A stretch of DNA of 63,276 nt, filler included, from Circinaria calcarea (Eukaryota), in the NCBI GenBank assembly GCA_051942165.1. It is 18 parts of 18 records of this genome, joined end to end, with 100 filler letters (N's around TTAATTAATTAA, not from the genome) between each part and the next. Parts side by side here need not be neighbours in the genome. Positions count along the whole stretch, not along the records: positions 10,585 to 14,011 come from JAVECS010002835.1; positions 14,112 to 17,536 come from JAVECS010002836.1; positions 17,637 to 21,061 come from JAVECS010002837.1; positions 21,162 to 24,585 come from JAVECS010002838.1; positions 24,686 to 28,109 come from JAVECS010002839.1; 13 more parts are not named here. One strand, written 5' to 3'. Every line of letters begins with the position of its first letter. Position 1 is the first letter of the stretch. This document shows, piece after piece, positions 13,181 through 25,950 of the stretch. The notes beneath the pieces are model-generated. The model had not been told where the DNA came from and searched no databases. It saw nothing but the letters and a program-made list of their open reading frames with translations. The position numbers and the translations under genes were made by a program.

Positions 13181-14814
13181 GGGTGTGCTGAACAGGTGCT
13201 GTGAGGAGATTCAGAGACGATGTGGTGACTAGATTGCGTGGTGCCTCTTGGCTTAGTGTATTTAAGACTTTCTTGTTGACAATCGATTAATAGACTCTTT
13301 GAATACTTGCCGTAAGAAGCAGCCCAATTTTCATCATACTAGTTTTACGTTATTGATCCTTTCGTTCTTGTGCTCCTACAATGAACTTTGAACATGGCGT
13401 ATATTTCGCCCATCGCTCTATCATCGTTTCACTATTACTCTTCGAGAACATCTCACAGAGTTTAATGAACAGATTCATCGTCCAAATACCAGAATATTTC
13501 AAACGCACCTCCACAGCCACCAAAGCAGCTTCCAACACAAGTTCAGCGCCAATTCTCAACATGCCCACCGGACCCAGCTAGCTGTATAGAGACTAACAGA
13601 ATCAAATCCAACGCAATTTTTTTCCATCAGGCAAATAAATACCCCCACAATTCAGATTCTGAAAGGGCTTCCAAGCGGTAACGAAGCATCTCACACCGGG
13701 GGAGACCACCCCTAGTGAAGGGGGAAAAAAAAATCTCACTCCAGCCCAGGGACCTAATCTGCGCCTTTGCACGCGAGCCCTACATGAGCGGAACATAGGG
13801 GGGCAAAGATAAACGAAACTCCTCGTTCTCTTCCTACCGCAATAACCCCACTCATCCCTCCCGAAAAGCCAAACCTCAGGGGTGCGTGTCCTGCTTTCCC
13901 ATTTTCCCTTTCCTGACCGCATGCTTCAGCTTCGGCAACGCTTTCGTTCTTTCCTTTCCTCCTACATCTCTCTATACAACGGCCCACCTCCCCACGCCCT
14001 CCCCCCATCCTNNNNNNNNNNNNNNNNNNNNNNNNNNNNNNNNNNNNNNNNNNNNTTAATTAATTAANNNNNNNNNNNNNNNNNNNNNNNNNNNNNNNNN
14101 NNNNNNNNNNNCTCACAGGTAAAACGCGAGGTCCATGCTCAACCACTCTCCACATACCTCTCTTCAAAAGCAAACTTTTCGCTGTATGCTAGCTAGTATT
14201 AGGATAGTTACACCACTCAGACAGCGAAAATACATGCTACTCCACACCAAAAAACATCCGTGGACGCGGGGGGGGAAATTTGCTGCAAACTGTATTTTTT
14301 ATCTCAATCACACACACATCTTTTTCCCCATAATCTTAACTATAAGCCCCCCTTTTCATTCTTTCACTAACATATGAAATTTATTTATCAACCGAATTTT
14401 ACAGAAAGTTTCTCCAGCCCCCGCGAGCGAGCGAGCGAGGTTTTGGTTTTGGGGGAAAGAAGGGAATATTTTATTTTGCCTAGTAGCAGAGGAAAGAAGA
14501 CCCGGGTTAAAAGGCAAAATCGGTGAAATTTGCATGGTTTTCACCTAACTCCGTTGCTCAACTAAATAGATGTGAGAAGTTTTGGGGGGGGGGGGTTCTT
14601 TTTTTTTAAAAAAAATAAAAATAAAAATAAAATAAAGGGAGAAGTTGAAATACGGTGCATTCCTAATAGCTAACTGCTATGATTATAGTCGTGGCACCCA
14701 ATGGGGCTTAGCGTAATAGTGGCAGAGTATATCTCTGCCAGCAGAATGTAGCTAGCTAGATAACCTTCAATATAATAATGGTTCCACCAATAGGTCGTGT
14801 AGTGTGCACTCATC

Positions 14815-15194
14815 TGTTATGGCGCCAGCACCATAGCATATGCTAGACCCAGAATGAAGTTAGGGCCGGAGCGGACTAACTCAGAATACCGTGCTCAGTA
14901 TGCTCACGTGTGACAGACGTGGGTGAGCAGGGTGAGCAAGGGATCAAGTGCTCATGGCGCTCAGTATGCTCATGGGGAATGAGCATGGGTGAGCAGGATG
15001 AGCACGAGTGTTATATATGGCAGGCTATTCCCGCTCTTTAGAATAGCATGCTTGTAAACCCATAACGAGTTCAATATACTCCTTTTATATTGAGCCTAGG
15101 GCAACAGTTCCACTACACCCTATATAACCGTGCTATTACCAATCGGGACTTATCATATTCCTCAATAGGCCCTAAGGATTGTAGCGCCCTTACA
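14815..15194. mobile_element. Solo LTR (380 bp), copy 1
   Basis: TG...CA ends (TGTTATGGCG ... CGCCCTTACA, an imperfect terminal inverted repeat). Flanks TCATC/TCACC form a 5-bp TSD with one transition. Clearly homologous to 27468-27831 on another contig. Confidence 0.85.
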
Positions 15195-15644
15195 TCACCC
15201 TACTATTCTCAAATGGAGAAATGTTAAAGGTTTAGCAGGGTGTGATTTAAGTAATGTATTGAGACGGTATTGGAAGTGTACGCAATAGTCGATATATTGT
15301 GTAACGTGTATAGTTCGCAAAGTGCGAAGTAAAAGGGGAAAACTCTAAAACCCGTGCTACTACTAATACGGGTAGTATAGAACTTCTACATACAGAAGTT
15401 CGGCATACAGTATGCTTGGCTCTCTATTTAACAAAAACGACAAATATTACTAGCAACTCGCCTTCATATTTACGCGACCATGTACAATAAAACCCCCCAC
15501 CCTTGCCCCCTCCTAACGAATTTTCCTAAATCTTCAACGGGTATTTTCTTTTTTTTTTGGAAATTTACAGAACAGAGCAGCCTGTGAATTTCTCGTGGGC
15601 TTTTTTGTAAGGAGGGTGTGAATTGGTTTTTGCTTTCTAGGGGA

Positions 15645-15840
15645 GTAGGGAGGAAATGAAATGGGATGGAATGGAATGGGGAGGATAGGGTGGATGTTTA
15701 GGACTCATGACTCTTGCGAAAGGGAGAGAAGGTGAAGGGAAGGAGAAGGGTAAGGGAATGAAGTAGGGAAGGGAAGGGTAAGGGAAGGGAAGGGAAGGGA
15801 ATGGAAGGGAATGAAGTAGGGTTGAGCTAGCTAGCTAGCC
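15645..15840. repeat. Polypurine (GGGAA/GGAAT)n low-complexity tract
   Basis: Degenerate pentamer repeats such as gggaagggaagggaa and ggaatggaatgg, followed by (GCTA)4. Confidence 0.6.
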
Positions 15841-17636
15841 AAGGCCTGCCTTTGGCAACCGATAGAATAAAGCAAATTCTATTCATTGTTTTCTGCGTGG
15901 ATGCTATGTACTTCTGTGACAGTTGTGTATGTATATATGCGATGGGGTAGAGGGAAGGGATAACGCCGGAAATTAAAATAAATAAATACAGAGAGAGAGC
16001 GAGAGAGAGAGAAAAGAGATGGATTGCACATATCCCTTTGGCGGTTTAGCCAAGTCAACCCCCTTGATTATGGCCATTGTCATCAAAGGCTCCCGGCCGG
16101 CCGTGGGAGTTTTGCGTAGGATTTGACGGGGGGAAAAAAGGGATGGAGGGCTTACTTACTCGTAAACAGAAAGCATCGGCGGGAGGAATGCACCATCTTC
16201 GGGGTGTGCGTGGGAATTAGCTTCACCGGGAACAAGAGTGACGATAATGAAAAAGGTAAACGACAGACCGAGTACCCAGGGAGCGCAGCTGGTAGCTAGT
16301 ATATGCCATCCACCCCCTTCAACCCCGTCCTTTCTTTCCCACCTTTGATAGAAAACCCTCCCGTCAAGCCACTTCCCCCTTTAGTATAGAGCCAGAATCA
16401 AACCCCGATGCTGAAGTTTGCCGTGGTGGTGAGGACTGCCTTTCATGGTAAAAAAAAAGAAAGGGGGAATATCTATCAGAGTTGTTTACTGAAATTAGGT
16501 GCTGCAATGGGGATGGAGGAATTTGGGAATGAGGACGTTGAGGAGATGGGAAAGGTAGAGAAAAAGGTGTAAACGGGGTAAAGGGGACGAGCCTAATGGA
16601 AAGACGGAAAGACGGTAATGACGTGTAGGCTGCCACTTTCCAAAATGCCTCTCAAGTGCCCCAAATTCACAACCCGTCGTATAGCAGAGACAAAAACTTT
16701 CCGGTATCAGACCCCCATTTTTCCACTCGCATCTCGCATGCACACCACCATCCATCACCACTGGTAAGTCCCGGTCCGGATCCCGAGCTTCAAGGACTTC
16801 ACTGACTAGAATAGAGTAATGTAAATTAGGAAGATCCATGTTTCTTTCTTTTCTTTCTCTTCTCTGTCATTGTCATTGTTAGACCCTGTCCCAGCCATTT
16901 GGGAAGGCTCTGGGTACTGGAGGCCGGGAGGTGGTGGGCAAAGGAGAAAAAGGGAGAGGGGAATGGCAAAGGTTGCCGCGATGGTTAGGAGGTAAATTGA
17001 TATATGGGGACATACTGTGGCGTGAACAGTAATAGTAGTGACAGTAGTGGTGGTGATTTGTGATGGTCGTCGTCGTTGAGAATCGTGGTAAGTGATGAGC
17101 AGCACATGGGGTTTCGTGTCCGCAGTTCATAATAGTTGGTCTTAATAGGATCTAGATAAAGGGCAGCTCGAATGTTAGCATTGAAACAATCCCTTCCCTT
17201 CCTCGTGTGACAGAGACTGAAAATAATCTCCTTCGCGAAAAAAGCACAAGACAAGTCACGCATGCACGCATGTAGTCTTCAATGCAGGCACGGGTATTGT
17301 GCGTTTGGATCACACACCGGTTGGCAAGGTAGGGATAGATGCAACTACCTTTAGTCCAGTCCAGGGGATAGCTGCATATGCAAGGTACGCACAGCGGGCA
17401 GGGGGCGGATGTGCTGTACATATCAGCCGTCTCTATGCATGGCGATCTGCGGACCAGGGAAGAACGTGTTGCTGAGCTCTGACGCTTGGATGCCATGAGT
17501 GTTTCAATACTTGGACACGTGGTGGTGGGAGGAGGTNNNNNNNNNNNNNNNNNNNNNNNNNNNNNNNNNNNNNNNNNNNNTTAATTAATTAANNNNNNNN
17601 NNNNNNNNNNNNNNNNNNNNNNNNNNNNNNNNNNNN

Positions 17637-18651
17637 GGAGGGAGACGAGGGTGGGGTGGGGGAGGGTGAGCAGGTATGCGCGTTTCTGTGGGTTATTGGA
17701 TTCATTAGTTTTCGGAGATGAAGGGCGGTGTAGGGGATCGAATTAATAGCAGAAAAAATAATAGATTGTTAGACGTACCTCGACGAGACTCATCCCCTCC
17801 CCGCTGATATTGCCCTCTAGTTGTTCCTTTTCCTCCCTCAGTACCGTGCAGTCGGCGCAAAACCATTCCTTTTCTTCAATCTGTGCCATGTCGCCTCTGA
17901 TGGGTGGGTCATGGCAATACTGATGCCAAGGCTTATTACACCCGTCACAGAATACAATCATGTTACTAGCAGGACTGTGCCCTCGTCCACAATTCTTGCA
18001 TACAGCTGCAGCGCCGGGTAGACGTCTATATCTTCCTCTCCTCTTTCCTCGTATGGCCACTGTCGATACCGGGACAGCGAGTGATGGTGAAGGTGCAGGA
18101 GATTGATCATCGATTTTGATGATAGGAATGTTTGTAGCAGCTTGGAAGATTTTCCTCCCTGAACGGGACTGTGTAGGTAGCGGCGTAAAGGTCTCGCTCG
18201 CATCCGTATCGTCTTTCTCGTCCCCTTCCTCATCGTCTTCTGATGCTCTTTTTCTTTTGCCGCCTCTCATGCTTCCTCGTGCCGCTCTGCTTCCTCTCGG
18301 TCTGCCGCCGCGGTTGCCTCGTCTTGGCCCTCTTGCCCTACCACTAGGAGGAGTACCCTCTTCTCCAGCATCTGCAATGGTATGAACTCTGATAGTTCCG
18401 CGGGCAATCGGGCTTCCCCCTCTCCTTCCGCCTCTTCCTCTCCTGCCACCAGTCTTGCTCGCTCCTCTCGACATTGCAGTTGGTGTAGATGCATTCATGT
18501 CCTCATTATTATTCATTTCAGCCAACACAGCCTCTCTCGCTGCTTCCCATTGGGGAGAGTTGCGATCAACATCTCTACCATCGTTCGCTCTAACACGTGC
18601 AAGGATCTCATTCACCTCGGCAGACAAGTTGGGATCAATCGGCTCCGACAT
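17637..18651 (-). CDS. PHD-finger chromatin protein (3'-partial)
   Basis: C4HC3 PHD finger CKNC...IVFCDGCNKPWHQYCHDPP...WFCADC, RG-rich AT-hook-like segments (RGGRPRG) and a basic NLS. Intron 17778-17686 is followed by KRAYLLTLP. Confidence 0.88.
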
Positions 18652-21161
18652 TGAAACATATCAATCGTAGTTGTCTGGAACCTGCCATCCGGTGTAACAA
18701 CAAGTTCGCGAGAAATTCCGTATATCACTCAAACTTTGATTCCTTTGGGACCGTCCACCTATGGAAACATGAGAGAAATAAGTTTGCCGCTGATGAAGTT
18801 GATACCGGTTTAAACAAAGTAGAATCCTCTTGAAATTTCTCGTTGATTCAATTGTGTCAAAGACATTATCATAAAAGAGGATGGCCAAAGGTCTATATCA
18901 AGCTCTGCTAAATGTCGTGCATGCAGTGAGACGACAAAGTGTTCATAGGAATGGGGTTTTGTCCTTGCCTAATTCTATCGCGCTTAGCGCCTGTACCGCA
19001 GGCCCAAACGACATCCTGTTTTGGCAATCTTCTACTCGACACAGTGAGGACGCACGTGAACAGGATCAATGAGCCTACGTTAAAAAAGCTACCAAGATGG
19101 TATCTTGGTATGGCTCCGGTGACTGCGGGAATGCCCCTACCAGTTTACTCCATAGTTGCTAGCTCACTCCCAAAAAGCTGCCCCAAGTCCTGTAATCATC
19201 TCAAGCAATAAATAAGCAGAAACAAACATGCATGAAGCCATCACCGGACCAGTAAATCCATCTGTTCCCTCAGAACCTCTATCACTCTACAGTCCCTTCC
19301 CTCTCCACGGCCTGTCTCGCCCCCGCCCCTCCTCGGGTTCCTCCGTACAAGAGAACTGTGGTCGGGATCGAATGCCCATCAATATTTCAACTTCCCAATC
19401 TTCGGCAGAACCAGTTTACCATCTTCAGTATCCTCGGACAGCTTTCGTAGGCGTCGCTCAAAGGCATCGTACAAACTATCACCGAGGCATGAGAATACGC
19501 CTATCATATTTCGGTAGATTTTTTCGTACGTCTTATCTTCGGGCCATACGGTGGGAGCGTGACGACGTAGATGATGAAGTGGTCGAGGTATTCGGCCCAG
19601 TATGGGGGGAGTCTTTAAGCCGGTGGAGATTCTTGAGAATTCATGAACGGGGAACGGCGAGGAAGTTCTAGGGGAGTCCTGGTTTGAATGGTACGTTTTG
19701 AAGGGCTTGGAAATAACCAAAGGTTTGAATCCGGTGGATGTAGTGAGAATCTAGAGGGTGGTTACACAAGATATAGAGGCTTCTGCGATTGCCATAGATG
19801 ACTAGTTGCACAATTTTATTCACGGTTGAGAAGTATTCGGGATGACTCTTGCTCCTCGACTGTCATAGGTTGATCTCGACGGTAATACCTCGACTCGAAA
19901 CTTCTCCATCTTTCCCTTAATCACCTTCGACACCATCCGGATCGCAAACAGTCTCGCGACATCTTCTACTCTTCCAACGACTTCAGCTCTCGAGACTTTC
20001 ATATAGCTATCCTACTCAGCAGTATCCTTAGCGCTGTCCAAGGCCAGGCCTCACCCTCTCCATGATGTGGCTGTGCTGTTCGTGCGGTCGCTTAAACGTC
20101 GGAGCCTGCGTCTGCAGTCATGGTCAATGTGGGCTTTGCGCGATATTGGATATGAATGCTGCATTGGTCGCCGAGTCTCAGACTCGCGGTGAAAATGGAT
20201 GGTAAGCTTGATCTAATACTATCCTTTGTCGCTCATCCTGTCATGTTTCTGATATACCATAGCAATACCGCACAGCAACCCATCGCCACAGGTAAGCTCG
20301 TAACCAACAGTTGCGGCAAATGCGTGTACTGTCCGTATGTGCTGGAAAATATAAAGGAATAGTGGCGGTGCCTTTTGACCAAACTCTGGTTGGAGACAAG
20401 ATTCATGCAGAGGTGTAGAGCGAGTTATGTTAGCTACATAAAGCTCTCGGTGGATTGATGGCATGCTCTTCTTGTGGCTGCAAGTTTGTAAGCAAGTCTT
20501 ACCTAGCAAGCTTCATGGTATAAAGCTGGATAGCAAAGTGAACAAGTACAAGTTTCTAGAAACTACATAATTACTGCAAAATTTATATAAGGCAATATCT
20601 CATATCGGATTTTGAATGTAACCCGCGTAATCCGAGAGTTTATTCCAGTAAATTTATGCAAGAATAGTGATGAAGGGATATGTGTGATGAAGGCTTTACG
20701 TTTTGATGCATAAGTTAATGTAGAATGTAAAAGAGTGAGATTCGCTGGTGTTGTCTGTGATTGCACCATATTACGCATACTTGGAAGCTCACTATTGAAA
20801 TTGGCGAAAGGCATGAAATGAAGTTTAAATATGAAATTTAAAGTTTATTTGTCATCAGGGCGGATGAAGATGACTCTGGCCCATTTGGTGCAGTGTGAGT
20901 TTCCGATTCTAAGACGTGAGCGAATGACCCTAACCCAAAGTACCGATGTACTTCCTAGCCAGCTCGCCTATGCGCTTACTGTGTGTTGGTCCCCAGCCCA
21001 TCAGTGAGTAGCCGGTGATGTTCAATGGGATTGTGCGGAGAGTACCGATGAAAACCTCGAGNNNNNNNNNNNNNNNNNNNNNNNNNNNNNNNNNNNNNNN
21101 NNNNNTTAATTAATTAANNNNNNNNNNNNNNNNNNNNNNNNNNNNNNNNNNNNNNNNNNNN

Positions 21162-22262
21162 TTAGTCGCCAGTTCGGAGAGTAGCAACTGGTATAACATT
21201 AGCTGCATGAGCGTCGGTCGGAAGGCTGCTCCTTTAGGGATCGTTTTCACGCCTCGGGTCTTCACGTCAGTCAGATAGACTTTCGAGGTCTTTCTTCGCA
21301 TATTTCGTAAACTCTTTAACACTCCCTGCGGAGATTCTTGGCTACCACTTGGGTTGAGGAAGCTCGTAATCGATGCCTGGTCCGTTGCTGCAACAGTCTT
21401 ATCCCCTTTCCTGTGAGCTGTTTTCGCCGTCGCTTCTTCTTCCAGTTCCCGATCAGGACAAATGTAGGACAGCTCGTCAATCACTCCATTGATTACCTGG
21501 CCCCCTACAACGCCCCATACCTCTAGTTCCCGAGTCATGCCAGTCTCACGTAAGGTTTTGAGACCTTGGATGATATTCCAAACACGGAGGCCCCAACCAT
21601 CTTCCTTCGTCCGTGTCTCGATGGGTACAGTTTGGTGGACTTGTTCTTCCAATGTCTTGTGCACAGCAGATCCTTGCCGCATCGCTGGAGTCCTTCTCTT
21701 CCTTCCATGCGTGGTAAGGGTATACCAATACTGCAGTTCACACCATGTCGGTGATACTAAATCCGTCACAGATAACGCCTTCTGAGGCTTGGAGCGGAAG
21801 CGGTCCAGGGGACTGCGCAGATCCGGGACTTGGGACTCGAGGACAGGCCGTGGCTCGATCGAAGACGATCGTTGTCCGTAACTATTAGTTGCGCTGTTTT
21901 CGACTAGGCGCTTGACTGTCAGTCAGCCAGCCCTTGGGAAGTGTTTTGCACCATTGCCCACCAGTTGCTTCAGAGAATTCGTCGCCATCGACCTCAACCA
22001 GACTCCACATCTGCACACTCTTGGGAGCGTATGAAGAAGCGCTATCTGTGCGTTTTGGCTTCTCATGCCCGAGCACACGATACGCGAGACTGCGTTGTGG
22101 GCATTCATGGCCGTCGGTATTCTCTATCACGAGAGGAGGGGCTGTAGTATATGTATTGGGGATTTTTGACAACAGTTCGTCGAGTATCCCTTGTTCGTCG
22201 AGGGTGAAGTCAGAGTCATAGTCACTAACTCCATCGCCCTGGGTATTGAATGGTGTATCCAT
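21162..22262 (-). CDS. EXO5: Exonuclease V (Exo5/Dem1, Fe-S PD-(D/E)xK nuclease), 3'-partial
   Basis: RSPLDRFR...LSVTDLVSPTWCELQYWYTL, AMRQGSAVHKTLE, TRELEVWG, GVIDEL, YLTDVKTR, QLMLY. Intron at about 21960-21904. Confidence 0.92.
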
Positions 22263-24879
22263 GCATTCAGATGGAATGTTTTAGTCCATAGAATACTAGT
22301 AAAGTTTGCAGATTTATAATGTCGTGACCGCTTCAAAACTGTAAGTCTCTATGGTAGGGGCGTGCTTATAGTAGACATCCAAGTTGGAGAACCTGATATT
22401 CACGAGCATTACCGTTCGAGTTTGTGAGATTGAAAGTCTCAATACATATTTACCTAGTTATGCGTGGCTAGCTAGTTTGCATGTATATATCAACCCCATG
22501 TCTTCCCTCGAATATCTGCCATAGAACAACCATCATCACGGCGCTCAGCATTCATTTCGGCCTCGAAAAGATTCCATCTCCAACAAGCAAACGCCCTTCA
22601 GCTAATTTCTGGACATCACGCGAGCGGACCTCAGCTTCTGCCCATCTCATGGAGCTTCCCGGTTTAAGAGTAGAGAACATGCTCGGCGGAGTTTGAGTGT
22701 CGACGATGGAAATGTAGAGTGATAAAAGGTGAAAAAGAAACTACTTTTAATGCGGATAGTGGCGGATCCTTAAGACAATGCAATCTTAAAGATATGTTCA
22801 TCTGAATAGGGATAGTGATAGGACCAGAGAGTAGCCCCATGGGAAAGAAAGATCACCCCAACTCAATGTAAGTTGCTTCTCGCATAGGTAATGCGGTTGG
22901 CTATATTCTGAGTTAAACAGAGTAAGACGATACTCATAGGTGTAGAGCGAAAAAGCAGAACTTCTAGTGGCCTCAACCAATCAGGGAGCGAGATTTGGTC
23001 GCCGCAATGGTAAACGTTTCCGCTCGAAGAGTGAACACAAATTTTTGACTCTGCACTTCTTGTGCAGCTCTCTGGTTCCACCAGGATAGATAGGATTGCC
23101 ATCCAATGGTAGTACAGCCATTTTGCTCAGGCTCTCCTTTGCCATGTGCATGTCGGCGGGCACTACCTGCGAATATCGCTCTGTACAATGGAGGCGATGT
23201 ATGTAAGTAGAAAGCCGTAACGATAGGCCAGAGCTGCAGGAGTTGACAAAGCTAGTTGGCACGGTAAGTTTGATACGATTCCAGTTTTCGCTGAAGCCAT
23301 CGCAGGAACAATAGACGCTGCATGCCAAAGAAGTAGCTATTGGACATAGGCGCGAATACTATTCAACGAAAGAAGTCTGGACGAGTAATTGAAGGATTGC
23401 CCCGGAAAAGTAAACCTAGTTATCTATCAACATCGTCTTGCATGCAGACACCTCGGGCAACCCAAACTATTCGTAGCTTGGTGTAGAGCAGTGCCGCCCA
23501 TGAGCCCACGATCATGTTTCTATACGTGCTCCAGGATCATAGTCATCTCCTTCAAGTCTTTGCGCCGAGAGGTCGCTGCACAGATAGATTACTGGCGATG
23601 AGCACATTTGCGTCCCGTATGGCCTCTTGCGCTTAGGCTCTGCTGTAGGCGCTAAACGCCTTGGATATTGGACCTAGTTGCTGCTAGAACGGTATGTAGG
23701 AGGTTAAGTTCGGTGAGGGTATGGTCTTCCCTTCTCTGCCGCTGCAACTTCATTTTCAGTGGTAGCTGCATCAAATATGCTTCAGTACCTTATCGAACCG
23801 TGTGTCTGCTGCTTCGGACATATGGAAAATCGAAATTCTAAACGACCGCGTCTTGAGGTTCCCTGCACTCATCATGATGCTGGTTATGTACGGAGTAGGG
23901 CAAAGTCTTGACCTGGATTCCAACAGTGAGAGATGTGGCTTCAAGAAGTGATGCGTCTGTTGACAAGGCTGCATGGGCAGTCATCTAAGAGCCTTGGGCG
24001 GTGTCTCTGGTCCAGGACCTTTGTGTCATGATGTGGGATGAATAGCAACCAGTATGACATCCTTGAAGTATAGTAAGACAAGACCACCTGAAGGAGTCTT
24101 ATTCCGATACTTCTACTTCGGCACAAGCCCTATTCACTTGCAGTGGTTGAGCGGTACTCTTAGAGTCATGTCGAAAAGGTCGAAAGTGTCACCCTGAAGC
24201 TTCAGATCACAAATGGACATGGAAATGGCAAAATGATTAGGTTTGATCATGAGTTTCATTCAGCGAACAAAATCACTAATTTTAATGTACAATGCTGCAG
24301 CCCATGCTCGTCCTTGAGCGAAACCCATTGCATCAAAAGGATCAAAGACAATGTGCACCAGATCCTTGCCTCTGTGAAACCCAAAGCATAATACCGTGAT
24401 ATCTAGTTATCGCAGTTCAGAAAGCGCCTCGCAATCACGTCTGGCTTGAGAGAAGATAAGTAGACATGACGGCGAGGGAACAGATATGCGACAACTATGT
24501 ACGCATCTGACAATATCTATGAGCGCTCCCCACGGAGACGACGGGCAAGCTGGATATCTTTTGACTCTAGAAGAATGTCAATAGCNNNNNNNNNNNNNNN
24601 NNNNNNNNNNNNNNNNNNNNNNNNNNNNNTTAATTAATTAANNNNNNNNNNNNNNNNNNNNNNNNNNNNNNNNNNNNNNNNNNNNTACGTACAAAAATCT
24701 CAATATACCAATGGCGGGTCCGTGAGTGGATGTTTGGAAAGAGGATACTTGCAGGGTAAAAATAAAAGTACTTCTGTTATCGTGCTAATAAGTGATGCAT
24801 CGAGAGATTGGGCAGATGTAATTAAACTTATCTGCTTTGGCATATAATATTTACTGGGACATGGGCTAATCAATAATAG

Positions 24880-25950
24880 ATAGCAGTTATAACAGGCCAC
24901 CTAGAGATCGCCCGATACCTAATCAATCACGGCGCGCGTTGTGACATTTCGAGCGTATTTTCTTCTTCCGGCACAGAGTATAGTAACGACTTGGCCAATT
25001 GCGTAGGGGTCTTCCCTTCCGGTGAGTTTGGTGACGATGTATCCAAAGCTCAGGAAATAAACCAAAGGACGGATATAATGCGGCTACTCCTAGACGCCGG
25101 ATGTGATGAGATTCCAGCCGTGAATGTTCTCGACCCTAGGAACCTAGAACTTCCTCGTCTACAACTGATCGAGAACCTTATGTTTATGCTCTTTAATCAT
25201 GAAAATAGTGGCCTGGAATCGCATACAATACAGAATGATCTAAATCTCATCGTTCCTGTCGAACCATTCGTAATCCGGAAAGATGCATTTGTGCATAATG
25301 TCATGGAATGGCAGACTGAGTGGTTGCGTATATTGAAACGATTTAGCTTCAATTATCAAGCTACAGGTGAACTTGGCAAAACATGTCTCCATAAGAGCCT
25401 GAATTACCAAGTGTACAAACATAAATCATGGTGTCGCTCCTACCGAGTGCGGGAACTCAAATGGCTTCTCCAAAACAAGGCCGATCCATGTGCACTTTTC
25501 GACGTTGAGCTTACACCTACCATGCTCGCACTGTTATTCGGCCTGACATCGGAATGGTTCGAGGCCCTCAGCACCACGGGCATCAGTGTTGAAGCGGTTG
25601 TCCTGCACACACTCAAGATAGCTTCACCAATGCTCGTCAAGGATGTGAGGGAATGGTTTGACTCTGTTATAAATGAAGAACACGAGGAATTACCATTTGT
25701 AATCATCGACCTTGACCCTCCGTTTAACCAGGACTTATACGACAGTCTCAGCAACGTATCCACCTTGAGAGCCTACATGATCAAGGTTTTCGCAGAACAC
25801 GGCTGCCACATCAACACCACCGAATTCGACGATCCTAACATCTACGATCTTAGTGCATCTGGCGTGGACTATCAGCCCTCCACTATCTACGATCCGGAAA
25901 GAACCAAGACCGAGATTCGAAAGCGGAATTCGACGGTTACCTCCGGGTAG
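24880..25950 (+). CDS. Ankyrin-repeat-containing hypothetical protein (last exon, 5'-partial)
   Basis: In frame upstream of the ORF-track start it reads IAVITGHLEIARYLINHGARCD (ankyrin consensus), after a GCTAAT...TAG acceptor. Further ankyrin-like pieces are DIMRLLLDAG, GKTCLH and WLLQNKADP...LTPTMLA. Confidence 0.7.
   Translation: MAVITGHLEIARYLINHGARCDISSVFSSSGTEYSNDLANCVGVFPSGEFGDDVSKAQEINQRTDIMRLLLDAGCDEIPAVNVLDPRNLELPRLQLIENLMFMLFNHENSGLESHTIQNDLNLIVPVEPFVIRKDAFVHNVMEWQTEWLRILKRFSFNYQATGELGKTCLHKSLNYQVYKHKSWCRSYRVRELKWLLQNKADPCALFDVELTPTMLALLFGLTSEWFEALSTTGISVEAVVLHTLKIASPMLVKDVREWFDSVINEEHEELPFVIIDLDPPFNQDLYDSLSNVSTLRAYMIKVFAEHGCHINTTEFDDPNIYDLSASGVDYQPSTIYDPERTKTEIRKRNSTVTSG

Noticed and set aside
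16364..17496. Cluster of short minus-strand ORFs or uORFs
   Set aside because: Low-complexity UTR/intergenic-like sequence with no main CDS on the contig to anchor them.
19228..20002. Short ORFs as a spliced gene
   Set aside because: No consistent exon chain or recognisable family could be built, so it is left uncalled.
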